NCBI GenBank assembly: GCA_030615965.1
Contig: JAUWYE010000002.1
Coordinates: forward strand, 1 to 42,338
DNA length: 42,338 bases
Direction: 5' to 3'
DNA from: Dehalococcoidia bacterium
GTDB lineage: Bacteria; Chloroflexota; Dehalococcoidia; GIF9; AB-539-J10
Of this stretch, positions 41,285 through 42,338 are shown piece after piece. The notes under the pieces were generated by a model, which worked only from the letters and a program-made list of their open reading frames with translations, was not told where the DNA came from and searched no databases. Numbering within the stretch: the stretch's first letter is position 1; the number at the start of each line of letters is the position of its first letter. The position numbers and the translations under genes are program-made.

Positions 41285-41746
41285 CTAACGACCCTTATAG
41301 GCCTTTTTCCATGGTTCTTTCTTAAAAGCCAGGTAGTCCTTGATTGCTTCTTTAAGCGCATTGGCCGCCAGGAGGGCACTGTGGAGATTATCCTCAGGGA
41401 GTCCCCCTAAGGCATCCAATATATCGTCTTGGGTAATCTTCTGAGCCTCCAAAACGCTCTTCTCTTTAGCCAGTTCGGTGACCATGCTACCCGAGGCAAT
41501 AGTGGTGCCACAGCCATCTGTCCAGAAAGAAGCATTTATAACCCTGCCATCTCTCACCTTAAGGTATATTTCCATAATATCCCCACAGGGACCAATTATC
41601 CTGCCAAATCCATCGGGGGTGGGAATTTCACCCAGATTTCTGGGGTTCAGAAAATAGTCAATCGTTTTCTCTGAGTAGATCTCTTTCATATCATCCATGA
41701 CGGCTTGCTCCAGTTCTTTGAAAGGGTCATCAAATTCCTCTGCCAT
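41285..41746 (-). CDS. IscU/NifU N-terminal-like Fe-S cluster scaffold protein
   Basis: 153 aa, reading GPCGDIMEIYLKV...FWTDGCGTTIASGSMVTEL...LHSALLAANALKEAI. Confidence 0.8.
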   Translation of the reverse strand: MAEEFDDPFKELEQAVMDDMKEIYSEKTIDYFLNPRNLGEIPTPDGFGRIIGPCGDIMEIYLKVRDGRVINASFWTDGCGTTIASGSMVTELAKEKSVLEAQKITQDDILDALGGLPEDNLHSALLAANALKEAIKDYLAFKKEPWKKAYKGR

Positions 41747-41806
41747 TTTCTCTACTCCTCTAAAAAAGATTTCACGGGCTAGGCCCGCTTGCCTGACTGC
41801 GTATAG

Positions 41807-42338
41807 CTACTCTTCACTCTTCCCGTTTAGAGCTGCAACCACATTGACAAAAAGTTCAGACACAGCATCTGAGCTATATCTCTCAATTCTTCCTTCGTCA
41901 CACAACCTGGCTAACTCTGGGTCAATGGGCAAGCTCCCCAAAAGAGGAGCTCCGGAAGCCTTAGCCATTTCCTCCCCCTTGCTCCTACCGAAAATTTCCA
42001 GCTTCTTACCTGTCTCGGGCAATACGAGATGGCTCATGTTCTCCACTACTCCCAAAACTCGAACATTCATCTTTTGTGCCATTTTCACTGCTTTTTTGAC
42101 TATCATCTCAGTCAACTCCTGGGGGGTAAAAACAGCGATTACCCCTGAGATGGGTATTGCCTGCAGCACCGTCAATGGGGCATCTCCAGTGCCCGGCGGC
42201 AGGTCTATTATGAGATAATCCAGCTTGCCCCAAAGAACTTCCTCCCAGAATTGCGTGATAGCTCTAGACATGAGGGGACCCCTCCAGATAACCACTTCAT
42301 CCTCACTAGGCAAAAGCAGATTCATGGACATAATTTCA
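41807..42338 (-). CDS. Mrp/NBP35 (ApbC) family Fe-S cluster carrier ATPase; the 5' end lies beyond the window
   Basis: The C-terminal part reads WGKLDYLIIDLPPGTGDAPLTV...VLGVVENMS. The frame stays open to the window edge. Confidence 0.8.
   Translation of the reverse strand, partial: EIMSMNLLLPSEDEVVIWRGPLMSRAITQFWEEVLWGKLDYLIIDLPPGTGDAPLTVLQAIPISGVIAVFTPQELTEMIVKKAVKMAQKMNVRVLGVVENMSHLVLPETGKKLEIFGRSKGEEMAKASGAPLLGSLPIDPELARLCDEGRIERYSSDAVSELFVNVVAALNGKSEE

Overview
This 42.3-kb window looks like a chromosomal segment from an uncultured monoderm bacterium. My guess is a Chloroflexota/Dehalococcoidia-like organism, inferred from a bacterial Elp3, a split transketolase and secretin-less type IV pilus genes; I could not run a database search.

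The flanks are housekeeping genes. On the left are split transketolase, a HAD hydrolase, a radical SAM enzyme, and Elp3 divergent from a Trm9-like methyltransferase. On the right are a six-tRNA array, tRNA-Ala, gatB, secG, a DUF62 SAM hydrolase, trmO, an IscU-like protein and an Mrp-type ATPase.

The accessory core (about 14.4-31.5 kb) is a type IV pilus (T4P) locus. It holds small RHH and wHTH regulators, a LuxR-type response regulator, pilB, pilC, two minor pilins, a PilX-like protein, a pilO-like gene, a pilM-N fusion, pilT and pilA. Several interspersed repeat families and three HicAB toxin-antitoxin modules cut it into short units.

The most unusual signal is a ~110-aa degenerate Mrr/PD-(D/E)xK-like domain. 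It occurs as a tandem pair at the N-terminus of PilB, and again as a tandem pair at the C-terminus of a wHTH/multi-Zn-ribbon protein encoded next to pilA.

Other notable signals:
- Near-identical upstream modules are shared by pilT and pilA. A 73-nt module is shared by pilT and a GH3-like gene.
- Nearly the same promoter-like sequence (gactaTTGACrccaaagaNgattacgYTATAC) recurs upstream of the response regulator and PilX-like genes. Looser TTGAC-N16/18 versions precede pilB, pilT and pilA.
- A MazEF cassette is bracketed by 57-nt direct repeats that contain a tRNA 3' end.
- A GIY-YIG ORF is wedged between tRNA-Ala and a 5'-truncated tRNA with an identical 3' arm.
- Two Ig-repeat surface proteins with Cys-x-x-Cys tails are tandemly duplicated beside a thiol-disulfide membrane protein.
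- A decayed Mth938-like gene sits next to tandemly duplicated small membrane proteins.

All functional calls rest on motif recognition by eye.
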